Assembly (NCBI GenBank): GCA_035221665.1
Contig: CM069156.1
Coordinates: 30,070,001 to 30,134,000, forward strand
Direction: 5' to 3'
From: Okamejei kenojei
Lineage: Eukaryota
DNA length: 64,000 bases
Within the stretch, counting starts at the first letter, position 1. Every line of letters begins with the position of its first letter. The notes beneath the pieces are model-generated. The model did not search any database, had not been told where the DNA came from, and was given only the letters and a program-made list of their open reading frames with translations. The position numbers and the translations under genes are program-made. Of this stretch, positions 49,660-61,678 are shown one piece after another.

Positions 49660-49960
49660 AAAATCTATTTTTCCTTCTCCTGTCCCCCGTCCCCTTCCAC
49701 CTATATCTCTTCCTCTGACTTCACATTTCACGCTTCTTTCCTCCCCATCTTCTGCCCTTTGCCCATCCATCTGCCCAGCAAAACTCCCCCTCTCCTGTAT
49801 CCACCTATCACTTGCCAGGTTTTGTCCCACCCCCATCTCTCTTCCAGCTTTCTCTCCCCTCCCCAATCAGTCTTGGAGAAGGGTCCCGACCCAAAACGTC
49901 GCCTATCCGTGATCTCCTTAGATGCTGCGTGACCCGCTGAGTTACTCCAACACTGTCTCT
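49660..49960 (+). mobile_element. PLE 3' UTR/pLTR with degenerate hammerhead
   Basis: Pyrimidine-rich CCACCTATCAC tract then GAAGGGTCCCGACCCAAAACGTCGCC..GATGCTGC..GCTGAGTTACTCC. Confidence 0.65.
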
Positions 49961-50294
49961 TTTTTTCCTCTTTCCACAATGTTGCCTGACTTGCTGAGTA
50001 TTTCAAGCATTTTATTAATCTGTACAATTCCTAGCATCGACGAGAGAAGGACAACTCTGGTATGTCTGTATATTATAGTACCCTGGTGTTGGTAGGAAGT
50101 GCAGATGCTGGTTTAAACCCGAAGATAGGCACAAAAAGCTGGAGTAACTCTGGAGAGAAGGAATGGGTGAGGTTCCTGGTCAAGACCCTTATTCAGAACC
50201 TGCTGCAGCCTTTGGATGGTACTCAAGTCATAGGAATTTCAGGTTGCAGGTGTCAAATGGAAAGAAAAACTCCAATTAAACAACCACACTATTG

Positions 50295-50685
50295 AGTTGA
50301 GAAGAATGAGGGGGACCTCAATGAAACATACAGAATAGTGAAAGGCTTGGATATCGTGGATGTGGGGAAGTTTAGGACTAGAGGTCAAAGCCTCGGAATA
50401 AAAAGGACGTTCTTTTAGGAAGGAGATGAGGAGGAATTTCTTCAGTCAGAGGGTGGTGAATCTGTGGAATTATTTGCCACAAAAGGCCGTCAGTGGATAT
50501 ATTTAGGCCAAGATAGATAGATTCTTGATTAGTACGGGTGTCAGAGATTATGGGGAGCAGGCAGGAGAATAACGTTAGGAGGGAGAGATAGATAGATAAG
50601 CCAAGGGATATGGGGAGAAGGCAGGCACGATTGGGTACGATCAGCCATGATCACAATGAATGGCAGTGCTGGCTCGAAGGGCCAT
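50295..50685 (+). mobile_element. CR1 LINE 3' fragments
   Basis: Similar to 18340-18670, followed by a second tail. Confidence 0.78.
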
Positions 50686-51554
50686 ATGTAAACCATCATC
50701 TGCAGTTCCATGTGCCCCCATGATTAAGGACCACTCATAACCCAGTCATTGTCCTGCAGGGCAGAGGATGCAGGTGCTACCACCCAATTCAAGACCAGTT
50801 TCTTCCCTGCTGTTATCAGACTCTTAAATGAACCTCTCATATGCTGGAGATGAAGAATTCCCAATCTTTAATTCACCTCTTTGTGGCCTTTGCGCTTTTA
50901 TTAAATCGTCACTTGTTACACCATGTACTGTTGCTGAAACTGTGAAAATGCACATGTCCAGATTCAGGTACAGTTTCTTCCCAGCTGAACCATCCTACTA
51001 CGTCTAGAGAGAAGTCCTGGGCTACCAGATGCCTCATCTGAGACGCTCGGACTATCTTTCATCGGACTTTACTGGACTTTATTTTGCACTAAACGTTTTC
51101 ATGTTATTCCCTTCATCATGTGGATACACTGTGGATGGCTTGAATGTAATCATGCATTGTCTTTCCGCTGACAGGTTAGCACGTCCTTTCACTGTACCCC
51201 GGTACATGTACCTCTGTACCTCGGTACATTAAATTCAATTCAATTTATTTTCTCTTTGCACTACCTGAGGTACTCATGCATGGTCAGAGTTGCTGGGAGA
51301 GCTGGCAAAAAAAAAAAAAATAAGATTTTCGCTGTATCTTGTTGCAGATCACAAATAATAAAGGTATACCAATACTAATACCAAAATGAGATGACCAATT
51401 TGTACAAAGATCTCATAATGTTATTCTGTTTTACCAGTGATGTGATTGCGGGACAGGATTTGACTTGATCTAATCAGGGAGAATGTTCAACAGAGATTGT
51501 CGCAGGGATCAATCAACATGATCTGAAGTTTTGATATGATAGATATCATGGAGT

Positions 51555-52050
51555 CAAACGCGACAGCTCCCTGAAAGTGACACACAAGTAGATTTAGTAG
51601 TAAATAAGACATATGGTATATTGGCCTTCATCAGTTGGTTATATAGTGTTAGCTATAATGAGAGGTTGGACAAACTTGGATAGTTTTCTCTGGAGCGTCG
51701 GAATCTGAGGGGAGACTTGATGTTATGAGAGGCATAGATAGAGAGGTCAGTTGGAACTTTTTTTCTCAGGGTGTAAGTGTCAAGAACTAGGGGGCATAGC
51801 TTTAGGGTGAGAGGGTCAAAGTTTGAAGGTGATGTGCAGGGCAAGTTTCTTTGCACAGAGAGTGGAACACGCTGGCAAATGTGGGGGTGGAGGCAGAAAC
51901 AATAGCGACATTTAAAAGGCTTTAGGTAAGGCGCGTGTATGTGGAGGGAATGGAGGATATGAATCACGTGCAGGGAAGATGAGTTTAATTTGGCATCATG
52001 TTCAGCACGGGCATCGTGAGTCAAAGGGCCTGTTCCTGTGCTGCACTTTG
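51555..52050 (+). mobile_element. CR1/HER1-type LINE 3' part
   Basis: GAGAGGTTGGACAAACTTGGA..AAGGGCCTGTTCCTGTGCTG. Confidence 0.78.
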
Positions 52051-52195
52051 TTTATGCTTTATAATGGGAAGGAACACACAATTATCATTCAGGTTAATAA
52101 AGAAGGAACTGCAGATGCTGGAGAATCGAAGGGTACACAAAAAGCTGGAGAAAACTCAGCGGTGCAGCAGCATCTAAGGAGCGAAGGAGATAGGC

Positions 52196-52223
52196 GACGT
52201 TTCGGGTCGAGACCCTTCTTCAG
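52196..52223 (-). ncRNA. Minimal hammerhead ribozyme core (minus strand)
   Basis: Reverse complement is CTGAAGAAGGGTCTCGACCCGAAACGTC. Confidence 0.7.
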
Positions 52224-52390
52224 ACTGGTCAGGGATCAGGGAAACGAGAGATATAAGATGGTGATGTGGAGAGATAAGGAACAATGAGTGAAAGATATGC
52301 AAAAAGTATTTTTTGCATATCTTTCACTCATTGTTCCTTATCTCTCCACATCACCATCTATATCTCTCGTTTCCCTGATCCCTGACCAGT

Positions 52391-52418
52391 CTGAAGAAGG
52401 GTCTCGACCCGAAACGTC
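52391..52418 (+). ncRNA. Minimal hammerhead ribozyme core (plus strand)
   Basis: CTGAAGAAGGGTCTCGACCCGAAACGTC. Confidence 0.7.
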
Positions 52419-52714
52419 GCCTATCTCCTTCGCTCCTTAGATGCTGCTGCACCCGCTGAGTTTTCTCCAGCTTTTTGTGTACCCCTATCATTCAGGTTAA
52501 CTTGGCAGAAGATTTAAAACTGAGAGAAACATTGCAAACAAATGGTGTGGCAAATGAGGTAATTTGGAATGTGTTGCTTGAATGAGTTGTGGGAGCAGCT
52601 TCAATCTAAGTTTCCAAAGGGTACTGGTCAAATACTTGAAAAGTAAATATTTCCAGAACACGACATAAAGAGCAGGATCCAATTAGACTACTCTTTTGGG
52701 GAATTTTTATTCAG

Positions 52715-53172
52715 GTTAGCTGAAGTTAAGTTAGAGATACAATGTGGAAACAGGCTCTTCAGTCCACCAAGAGCATGCCGTCTATTGATCACCCGTTAAT
52801 CACCTGTTGATCATACATTAATTCTATGAGTAGGAAAGAACTGCAGATGCTGGTTTAAATCGAAGGCAGACACAAAATGCCGGTGTAACTCAGCGGGACA
52901 GGCAGCATCTCTGGAGAGAAGTTTCGGGTTGAGACCCTTCTTCAGACTGTTAATTCTATGTCCTATACAGAAGGGACAATTTACAGAAGCCAATTAACCT
53001 GCAAACCTGTGTGGGCTACGAATGTGGGAGGAAACCAGAGCACCCGGAGAAAGCCCACGCGATCACAGGGAGAATGTACAAACTCCACGCAGACAGCGCC
53101 CGTAGTCAGGATCGAACCCGGGACTCTGGCGCTGTGAGGCAGCAACCCTACCGCTGCGCCACCGTGCCGCCC
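52715..53172 (-). mobile_element. HE1-type SINE with a single-arm PLE insertion at 52829-52949
   Basis: TSD TTAATTCTATG at 52818-52828 and 52950-52960. Confidence 0.85.
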
Positions 53173-54529
53173 AGTTGGAGGAAAACGTGATGGGCTGAAT
53201 GGTCACCTTGCGAACGACATGATTGTACAACCCGTGTTAGCATCCCAGAGGCAGCCCAGTTCCAGCGCATCACAAACATGTCAACCATCCAGACAATAAA
53301 CAAAAGAAAATCACTCTCGATTCAATAATTTCAGATGCTATTGATTGTGCGCTGGGATTGCACAGCTCAGTCAAGTCACCACTTCATATCTCTGCCGAAT
53401 GAAGTCGCAGCAGCTGACGTACAGCTGGGCAGCCAAAGTCACTTTTATACTGGGCCTTTTAAGATTTCAATCGATAACGTTGATTGCTGCAAATATAAAG
53501 GCAGTAGCCCCATAGATTATGGTTAACTCCTTAGCAGCAGCGTTGCCTCTATCATGTCTAAAGGGACAAAGAGTGGAGTAAAACCTTTCTATTTTTGTGA
53601 CTCAACTGAAATTTAGGAAAGGATTACACTCATCCAACACCTCATCTCGTTTCCAATGCGCTTCACACTCAATGGATCACTTAAACCCAATGACTGATCT
53701 CACTAAGGCCAACATGGTACACTTCCTGCCTGCAGGGCTGCCAATGGCATGGGCGAAGGAGGTTATTTTCTGATGCTGGTGGTTACATTGTACAGTGAAC
53801 ACAGAGTGCTGGAGTAACTCAATGGATATTTTTAAAGCAAAGATAGATAGATTCTTGATTAGTACGGGTGTCAGGGGTTCAGGGGAGAAAGCAGCATAGC
53901 GGGTTTAACAGGGAGAGATAGATCGGCCTTGATTGAATGACGGAGTAGACTTGATGGGCTGAATGGCCTAATTCTGTTCCTATCACTTATGACCTTATAA
54001 TTCAGCGTGTCAAGGCAGCATCTCTGGAGGACATGGAGAGGCATGTCTGACCCCGCTGAGTTTCTCCAGCACGTTGTGTTCTATGCAAGATTCCAGCATC
54101 CGCAGTTCCTCGAGTCTGCATGTTGATTGGGAACATCCCCACAGATCGGAGAGCGAACATGACAGAGCCACGCCAAAGGGGAACAGACCATTCCGCCAGT
54201 GAGCCTGCTGCTCACACCTATTCCTTTTGTCCAGAGATGCCCTGCCTGACCCACTGAGTTACTCCAACACCTTACGTCCCTTTCACCACCGTCTCTCTGC
54301 TCTTTCTCAACAAACTTTTCCTTTTTGTTAATGTTTTTTTCCCCCCCACAGTAACCAGCAGCACTCAGAGAAGGACGTATGTCTGCCTTTCAGGCATGGA
54401 CTGCTCCCCCGTGGCAACACTAAACGCACAACATAAATTGGAAAGTCCCATCCTTTGGTGCATTGTGTAACTACAACATAATCCCTGAGTAAATAAATCA
54501 CCATTCCCGGGCCGCACATCATATCCGAG

Positions 54530-54845
54530 AGGTTCTTGCACTTTTATAATGTACGCCAGGAACTCAAGAGTCCCAAAATGCTTTCTCGGCTACGCTCTAT
54601 CGTTATGTTTTGAAGTGAGCTCACCGTTGCAATGTGTGAAGCAGACCGCACCATTCCACAAATAGCTGGCGATAATGAGCTGGATAATTTGTCATTTTAG
54701 CGATGTTTGTTAAAGGATAAATATCAGCCATCGCACCGTGAAGATCTCCTCTGCTTGCTTTCGAAAATTACCTTGGGATTTCTTTTTTACACGCACCCAA
54801 GGAGCCAGACAGGGACTCAAATTAACAAAGTTTCCAAAAGACAGA
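54530..54845 (-). mobile_element. Degenerate SacSINE1/DeuSINE
   Basis: TTTTGAAGTG..TCACCGTTG.AATGT; GGATAAATAT..GCCA..CACCG..TGGGAT.T..CACCC.AGAG..AGAC.GGG resemble the antisense tail and Deu domain. Confidence 0.6.
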
Positions 54846-56276
54846 CAAGAGAATAATAGGATAAACCCACTGACACCATTCCCCTTTTTTTAATGGCAGT
54901 ATAATGGAACAATTATTGGCCTAAGTACAACTCACAAAGGACACTTAAATGAAATATCAAGCCTGAAGATGGGAATGAATGCAAAAGTGGCTTCATTATA
55001 CTTAAAAATTAAAACTAAACATGATGTCCCGAATTTCCCATTAGAATCATGGGATTGTTAATATGCAGGTGGCTAATATGCCCATATCCGATGTATACGA
55101 CAATTACACACGATGCACTATTATATATCTTCTTTGTATGCTCTTTAGGTTCCTTACAATGCTTCTTAGAACATAGAATAAGAACTGGTAACAATACTCC
55201 AATTGCAACAATTATAGTGGTTAACCAAAGGGTGGGATATATTGGTGGGAGTTAGCGGGAGCAAAATGTTACAATGGAAGATGAAGGGGTTAATTAGGAG
55301 GGGAAATTCGAGTATGAGAGTAAGCTTGCAGGGAACATAAAAAGTAAATATGAAAGATTCTATAAAAATGGGAAAAAAATATATTGGTGAAGATAAGAAT
55401 TGGGTCCTTATCGTCAAAACAAAGGTGCAAAGAAATGCTAGATTTGTTCAAGAATCACTGTGGAGGACACCAATAAACCAGAAAGATTAGGGAACTGAGA
55501 GTCGATTGAGGGAGGAACAGAAGGACATTGTGGGCCAAAGGGCCTATTCCTGTGCTGTGCTGTTCTATGTTCAATGCTGCCACTTACTCTCTGGCCCTAA
55601 GTTTTGCAAACATTATGTAGCTCCTCATAAGCCACTATGTGAAAATATTACAATGTGGAGATGGATTGAGATTTCAAATTATAACAATGTCACTGTGGCA
55701 GATAGTTGGAATGAAATATGGAATGGTGAGAGAAAGAACCAAACCACTCTAATGGACTTTGGTCTCTAAAGGTTTCTTAAACGCCACTGTCGTATCTGCC
55801 ACCACCACCACCACCATCCCTTACAGCGTGTTCCAAGCACCCTTCACTCTCTGGTGTAAAAAATCATCCTGCTCGTATTTCTCATTCAAGAGCTTGTGTA
55901 AAGAGGAGCTGGAGGTGTTCTGGAAGTGGGATTTTGATCTCTGGTTAGATGCGCTCTTTGCAGCTGAGAGCATGATCACTTTTCATAAGTCACCCGCCTG
56001 TGCTCCCACCATTCACCCTGGCAAGGCCATGTACTTGGGTCCTTGGGAAAGTGGTGGTAAATCACTCCATGGACTGCTGCAGTCCTTCTGGTGGACGTTC
56101 TCCTGCTGTACACCCACTGACACTGAAGGAGCAGTGAAACATTTCAACGTGTGATCGATCTGATGCTGATCCTGTGAATGGTGAGTTTGGATAGTGATGC
56201 TAACGTAATCTTGCTAGGTTACCGCTTTGCATTGCATTTTGTAGACGGCACAAAATGTTGCCAGTCAATCACCTGA

Positions 56277-57068
56277 GTGACACGGTGGCGCAGTTGGTGG
56301 AGTTGATGGAGCTGCTGCCTCACAGCGCCAGTGGCCTGGGTTCGAACCTGATCTTGGGTGCTGTCTGTGTGGAGTTTTACATGTTCTCCCTGTGACCGCT
56401 TGGGTTTCCTCCAGGTGCTCCAGTTTTCTCCCACATCCCAAAGATGTGTGGGTTTGGTAATTGGCCTCTCCAAATTGCTCTAGTGTGTAGGGAGTGGATG
56501 AGAAAGTGGGATAACATAAAACTAGTGTGAATGGGTGACTGGTGGTTGCCGAAGGGCCTGTTTTCTTCCTGTATTTTTCAATCAATCAACTGGATTAATC
56601 TTGATAGCGAAGCAGCCATTTTCTGCCCCACCATCTTTATATCCAACAATTGGTCTGTCTGATGACAGTCAGAATTTTGTGATCACTCTCTTGGGTCTTA
56701 GTGTCTGAGGGTGCCCCCAGAAATTAGTTTGGTTCCTGGAGAGTCCCGGATAATCCTGAAAGCCGGAACTGTGGGTGGCACGGTGGAGTAACGTTAGAGC
56801 TACTGCCTTACAGCGCCAGGTTCGATCCTGGCTACGGGTGCTGTCTGTATGGAGTTTGTACGTTCGCCCCGTGACCTGCATGGGTTTCTCCGAGATCTTT
56901 GGTTTCCACCCACACTCCAAAGACGTACAGGTTTGTAGGTTTAGTGTAAATGTAAAATTGTCCCTGGTGCGTGTAGGATAGTGTTAATGTGCGGGGATCG
57001 CTGGTCGGTGTGGACTCAGTGGGCCGAAGGCCACGATTCCGTGCTGTATCTCTAAACCAAACTAAATC
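56277..57068 (+). mobile_element. Two HE1-type SINEs (~56277-56590, ~56772-57068)
   Basis: Heads, V-domains and tails visible. Confidence 0.85.
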
Positions 57069-58884
57069 TGGAATCGACATGGCAGGGGACTCGATCACAC
57101 ACCAACTCACTCTCTTCCTTCCACTTCCAATCCACTGTCCCATTCGCAGAACGTCACTTGGCTGAGGAACGTCTGCAATATATATGCTAGATTTGATTTT
57201 TGTGAAGAGTGGGGGGGGGGGGGGGGGATGGGGGAAGAAAGCATAAAGGCTTGAATAATGCAGAAAGCCCATATATTCCACCAACTCCACTAAACACCAC
57301 TAATGGTGATAACTGTATTAGACCAAATTAAGCACATTAATGTGGACAAGCTTTGCAAGCCACAGAGATCCCACTTTCAGACAGTGATGGCAACTTGAAT
57401 TAATTAAAATTAAAACAACTCAGCCTTTAAATTGCCTGTTGCTTCGGAGAATAGGATGAGTATTTTGCTGGTTACCGTAATATGATGAAATTAATTGTCA
57501 GTTCATTACAGCTCTCGTCTCATTTTATTCATTTGGTTTTTTAAATAAAATTAATTTGTTATACACTTCATGCACTAATGGAAATCTCAGCGCGATGTCA
57601 ATTCTACTCCCCAAGACCTGTACATCACACCAGCCACACAACACACACCCACACTTAGGTTGGGGAGGAGGTGTGGAGGACAGCATACTAGCCTGGTAAA
57701 CTATGAAACAGCATTAAAAAACAACCACATAAGCCATGTAACTGGAGTAAGACATTTGTATGCATGCTGAATCCCTTCCAGATTTAACCTAATTTAATGC
57801 AGCACAATTTGAACGGTTCCATCTATCTTCATCGACCAAGATGAAGACAAAAACATCAGTTGATCGTTTTATTTCTCTTAAACAAGGCTTGTTTTTTAAA
57901 CCATTCCTCTTCCCTTTCCAACTTCAGTGGCCCTGCTGAGATTCTTGATGGATTTTTGTTTCAATGTGCAAAGTGTGTGTGTGCCTGTAGCTCGGTAGAT
58001 TATTGCTGTACAACAGCCTGGGACTTGCCTGGTGCAGGCACCCCTCGTAAGAAACTAGAGTACGGTCTTTGAACAAGGCGCCAAAACATGGTACCTCCTG
58101 CCAGCCGCTCAGAAGATTATTCCTGTACACTTGCTAATCTGGGATGATGATACTCTGCTGGACTGTTTGTAAGAAAAAATAATTTAGCAGTGTCAACAAT
58201 TAACATATGTGACAATAAAAAGCACTATTGACGACTGACTATTGACTCTATCATTTTGTTTCAATCTTCCCGTTCTCAGAAACAGAGAGCACTACAAAAA
58301 CGTTCCTATGTAATGGGTAGGTAGCATTTTGTTTTGATTTCTCAGACAAGCTAATGAACTGCTCACTGCCTAGTTTATTGGAAAACAATTTACATTTGTC
58401 AGATTAACCACCTGTCGCCGACATCCCCTTTTTCAATCTAATGAGAATACACTTTGCTTTAAAACAAACATTAATCGAGGACGTGAATCTTACTATTACA
58501 TCCTTTCAGTGAAATGAGAGCAGAGTGCATTTTGAAAAATGACTTGTAGCTTGCTCTGGGGTGAAACATGGTTGTGAAGAATGCTGTATATGTACAAGCC
58601 TCCCTTTGCTTTGTGAAAGGCTGGTTCATGAGCAACATGTCTGGATACAGACGCAAGGCCAGCTCTTTAAAAGCGAACGGAAAATAAGTTGCGGCCTCAA
58701 AATAAGAATTGGAGGAGCTGAAGGTAGACCTGAAAAACCATCAGCCCCGGATGATTACTGCTCCCATCCATTGACATGTTTGTCAGTCGCAGGAAGACCT
58801 CAGCATCCACATGCACAGATGGAAGTCTGTCCTATCACAAGCAATGCTCGGCAAGCATCCCTTTCTGTCCTGCTCCATCTTCAT

Positions 58885-59245
58885 GAGGGCAGCACTGCCG
58901 CACAGCGTTAGAGAGCCGGGTTCGATCCTGACCTCCGGTGCTGTCTGAGTGGAGTTTGCGCGTTCACCCTGTGACCACATAGGTTTCCTCCAGGTGCTCC
59001 GGTTTCCTCCCACATCCCAAAGACGTACAGGTTTGTAGGTTAATTGGCTTTGGTAAAATTGTAAGGTCCCTTGTGTGTAGACTAGAGGTAGTGTGTGTGT
59101 TTACAGGTCAACTATCCTCTGTAAATTGTCCCCAGTGTGTACGGAGTGGATGAACATAGAACCAGTGTGAACGGAGGATGAATGGCCAGCGTGGACTCAG
59201 TGGGACGAAGGACATTGTTTCCACGCTGTGTCTTACAATCAATTA
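58885..59245 (+). mobile_element. HE1-type SINE with internally duplicated 3' portion
   Basis: GGGTTCGATCCTGACC, V-domain, two GTAAA(T)TGT..CCC..GTGTGTA segments. Confidence 0.8.
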
Positions 59246-60075
59246 ATTTCTCTCGTTGACAGTGCTTGCGTGAACACACTTGTATGCTCGTGTGCTCAAT
59301 ATCCAGTGGGTACCGTATCAATCTTATGATTCTCCCCAGGGTAAGAGTTCTGAATCAACCACTTTAATATACGGAAAACATTTCAACATTGCTGTACAAG
59401 AATTCATGGGGTGAATAAATAAGAAAAATGTGCTCATTGGACCAAGCACCACTGGCACAGATGTAGATGTATAAAAGACGTTGGATGCCTCTGCAGTTTG
59501 CACCATTCCTCGGGACAGCCCCCACTCTCCCACTGCTACGACCGCCCTCCGCCTCGTCTCCCCATGTGCGGCCGCACTGTGACGGGCTGTGGGTCTGCAG
59601 CACCGGGTGGATCAGAGGTGTGGGACAGGCTGGTCCCTCCGCCCACCCAGAGTCACTGACTGCGATGCACCGCCATCGGACCCCAACCCCCACACCAGGG
59701 TGATTCACCCCCCCCCCCCCCCCCCGACCCCTGCTCAGACCCTGAAATAATATCAAGGGATTTGATCTAATTAATTCCGAAGATGTCACAGACTAGGCTT
59801 GTGTTCCTCTATCTGGTGTGGTCATAGAGTCATAGAGCGTGGTAACAGGCCCTTCAGCCCAACATACCCGCACCGACAAACATGTCCCATCTACACTAGG
59901 CCTACCTGTCTGCGTTTAGCCCATATCCCTCAGACCCGCTGAGTTCCTACAGCACATTGTGTTTTGATCTTGATCTGCTGTTGTCCAATGATAATACCTG
60001 TGAGAGTGCCGAGCTTTCTGAGTCAGTGAGAAGCCATCCTAGGCTTTTAAGTGCAATGTGTGTGACCTGAACAGA

Positions 60076-60818
60076 TAATACAATACAATACAATACCGTT
60101 TATTGTCATTTGAACCTCAAATGAAGTTCAAACTAAATATGGTTTCTGCAGTCATACAACAAGGAAAAAAAAAACAAGACACACAATTAACACAATTTAC
60201 ACAAACATCCATCACAGTGAATCTCCTCCTCACTGTGATGGAAGGCAAACTCGTTGTCTCTCCCCTGTTTTCCATTCTTCTCCCGATGTTAAAGCCCCCG
60301 GCGGGCGATGGTAAGTCCAGCGGCCATTAAGATCGCGCCGGGCAATATAAGGCCCAGCTCCAGGTCTTGATGTTGGAGCCCCCGGCGGGCGATGGCAAGT
60401 CCCACGGTTGTTAAAGCCACGCCTGGTGATGTAAGGCCCCGCTCCGGGTCGTTTTCAACCCCGCAATTCAGGCGGGAGAAGTTGCCATTGCGGGAGCTCC
60501 GAAAAGCGGTCTCCCACCAGGGACCCGCGAGCTCCCGATGTCACCGTCCACCGGGCCTGCGGCTGAAGCCTCTGAGGCTCCGAAGTCAGGTCGCAGCTGC
60601 GCGCCACCACAGCTCTCCACGATGCTAGGCCCCAACCACAACAGAGATCCGACAGGGAAAATGCCGTACAGGGAAGATATTTCAAAGTTCCCCGCCCCCC
60701 ACATATACACAGCTAAAAACAATATATAAACTACAACCAAACTATACACTCAACAGGACAAACATTAAAAAAAAACAGACGGACTGCAGAGACGGCTGCC
60801 GTGAGGTGCTGCCATCTT
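60076..60818 (-). mobile_element. GC-rich non-coding retroelement, apparently full length
   Basis: Minus strand starts AAGATGGCAGC and ends GACAATAAAC..(TATTG)n; internal duplication GCCCCCGGCGGGCGATGG.AAGTCC. Confidence 0.6.
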
Positions 60819-60917
60819 AACATTCTGAAACGTTTTGGTTCAAATGGCAAGTAGAGTGCCCCCCGGAAGAAGTCCAACACAAATTCATCCCAATGATTCG
60901 GGTTTCCATTTCTCTAT

Positions 60918-61338
60918 ATCATAGAACATAATCTAGGACAGTACATCATAGGACCTGGCCCTTTGGCCCACAATGTTCATGCCGACCATGATGTCAATTA
61001 AAACTAATCTCCTCTGCCTGCATGTGATCCATATCCCTCCATTCCCTGCATATCCATGTGCTGATCCAAAACCCACTTAACTGCCACCGTCACATCTGCC
61101 TGCACCACCACCACCCTTGGCAGCAATTTTCAGGCGCCCACCACACTCTGTGTAATAAACTTGCCCCTGCTCATCTACTTTAAGCTTTGCCCTTCTCACA
61201 TTAAAGCTATGTTCTCTATTCACCCTAACTATGCCTCTCAAAATGTTATATACTTCTATCAGGTCTCAACTCTGCGTCCGACACTGTAGAGAAAACAATC
61301 CAAGTTCGTCCAACCCTTCCATATAGCTAATACCCTTT
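60918..61338 (-). mobile_element. CR1/HER1-type LINE 3' end; target of the DIRS insertion
   Basis: Family sequence breaks at ..ATAGCTAATACCCTTTAAT, where other copies continue CCAGGCAGC. Confidence 0.82.
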
Positions 61339-61678
61339 AATAGTAAGATTAAATGAGAACTTACCAGTTTGAAGTTTGATCTTTATTTTATGAGGAGTTA
61401 CGATGAGGGATTACGTGAAGACCCCGCCTGCACGCATGCGCGACATTCTTCAAAGCAGTGGTGTGAAATCACAGATACCAGAATGACTAATATACTAATA
61501 TAGTAAGATAAGAGAGAACTTACATACCAGTTGAACTTTATAATAGAGGGTTTTGGGAGCTGAGGGCACGTAATCCCTCACAGTAACTCCTCATAAAATA
61601 AAGATCAAACTTCAAACTGGTAAGTTCTCATTTAATCTTACTATTTGACTTTGGAGTCACATGAGTGACTACGTGAAG
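61339..61678 (-). repeat. DIRS right terminal repeat and internal complementary region (ICR)
   Basis: 61339-61417 is the reverse complement of 61567-61645 (77/79 match); 61646-61678 is the second ICR half. Confidence 0.88.

Larger units (their letters stand above)
52098..52485. mobile_element. Young, near-perfect ~350-bp palindromic PLE pLTR insertion
   Basis: Arms 52131-52305 / 52310-52484; TSD TATCATTCAGGTTAA at 52083-52097 and 52486-52500; 33-nt tail 52098-52130. Confidence 0.92.
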
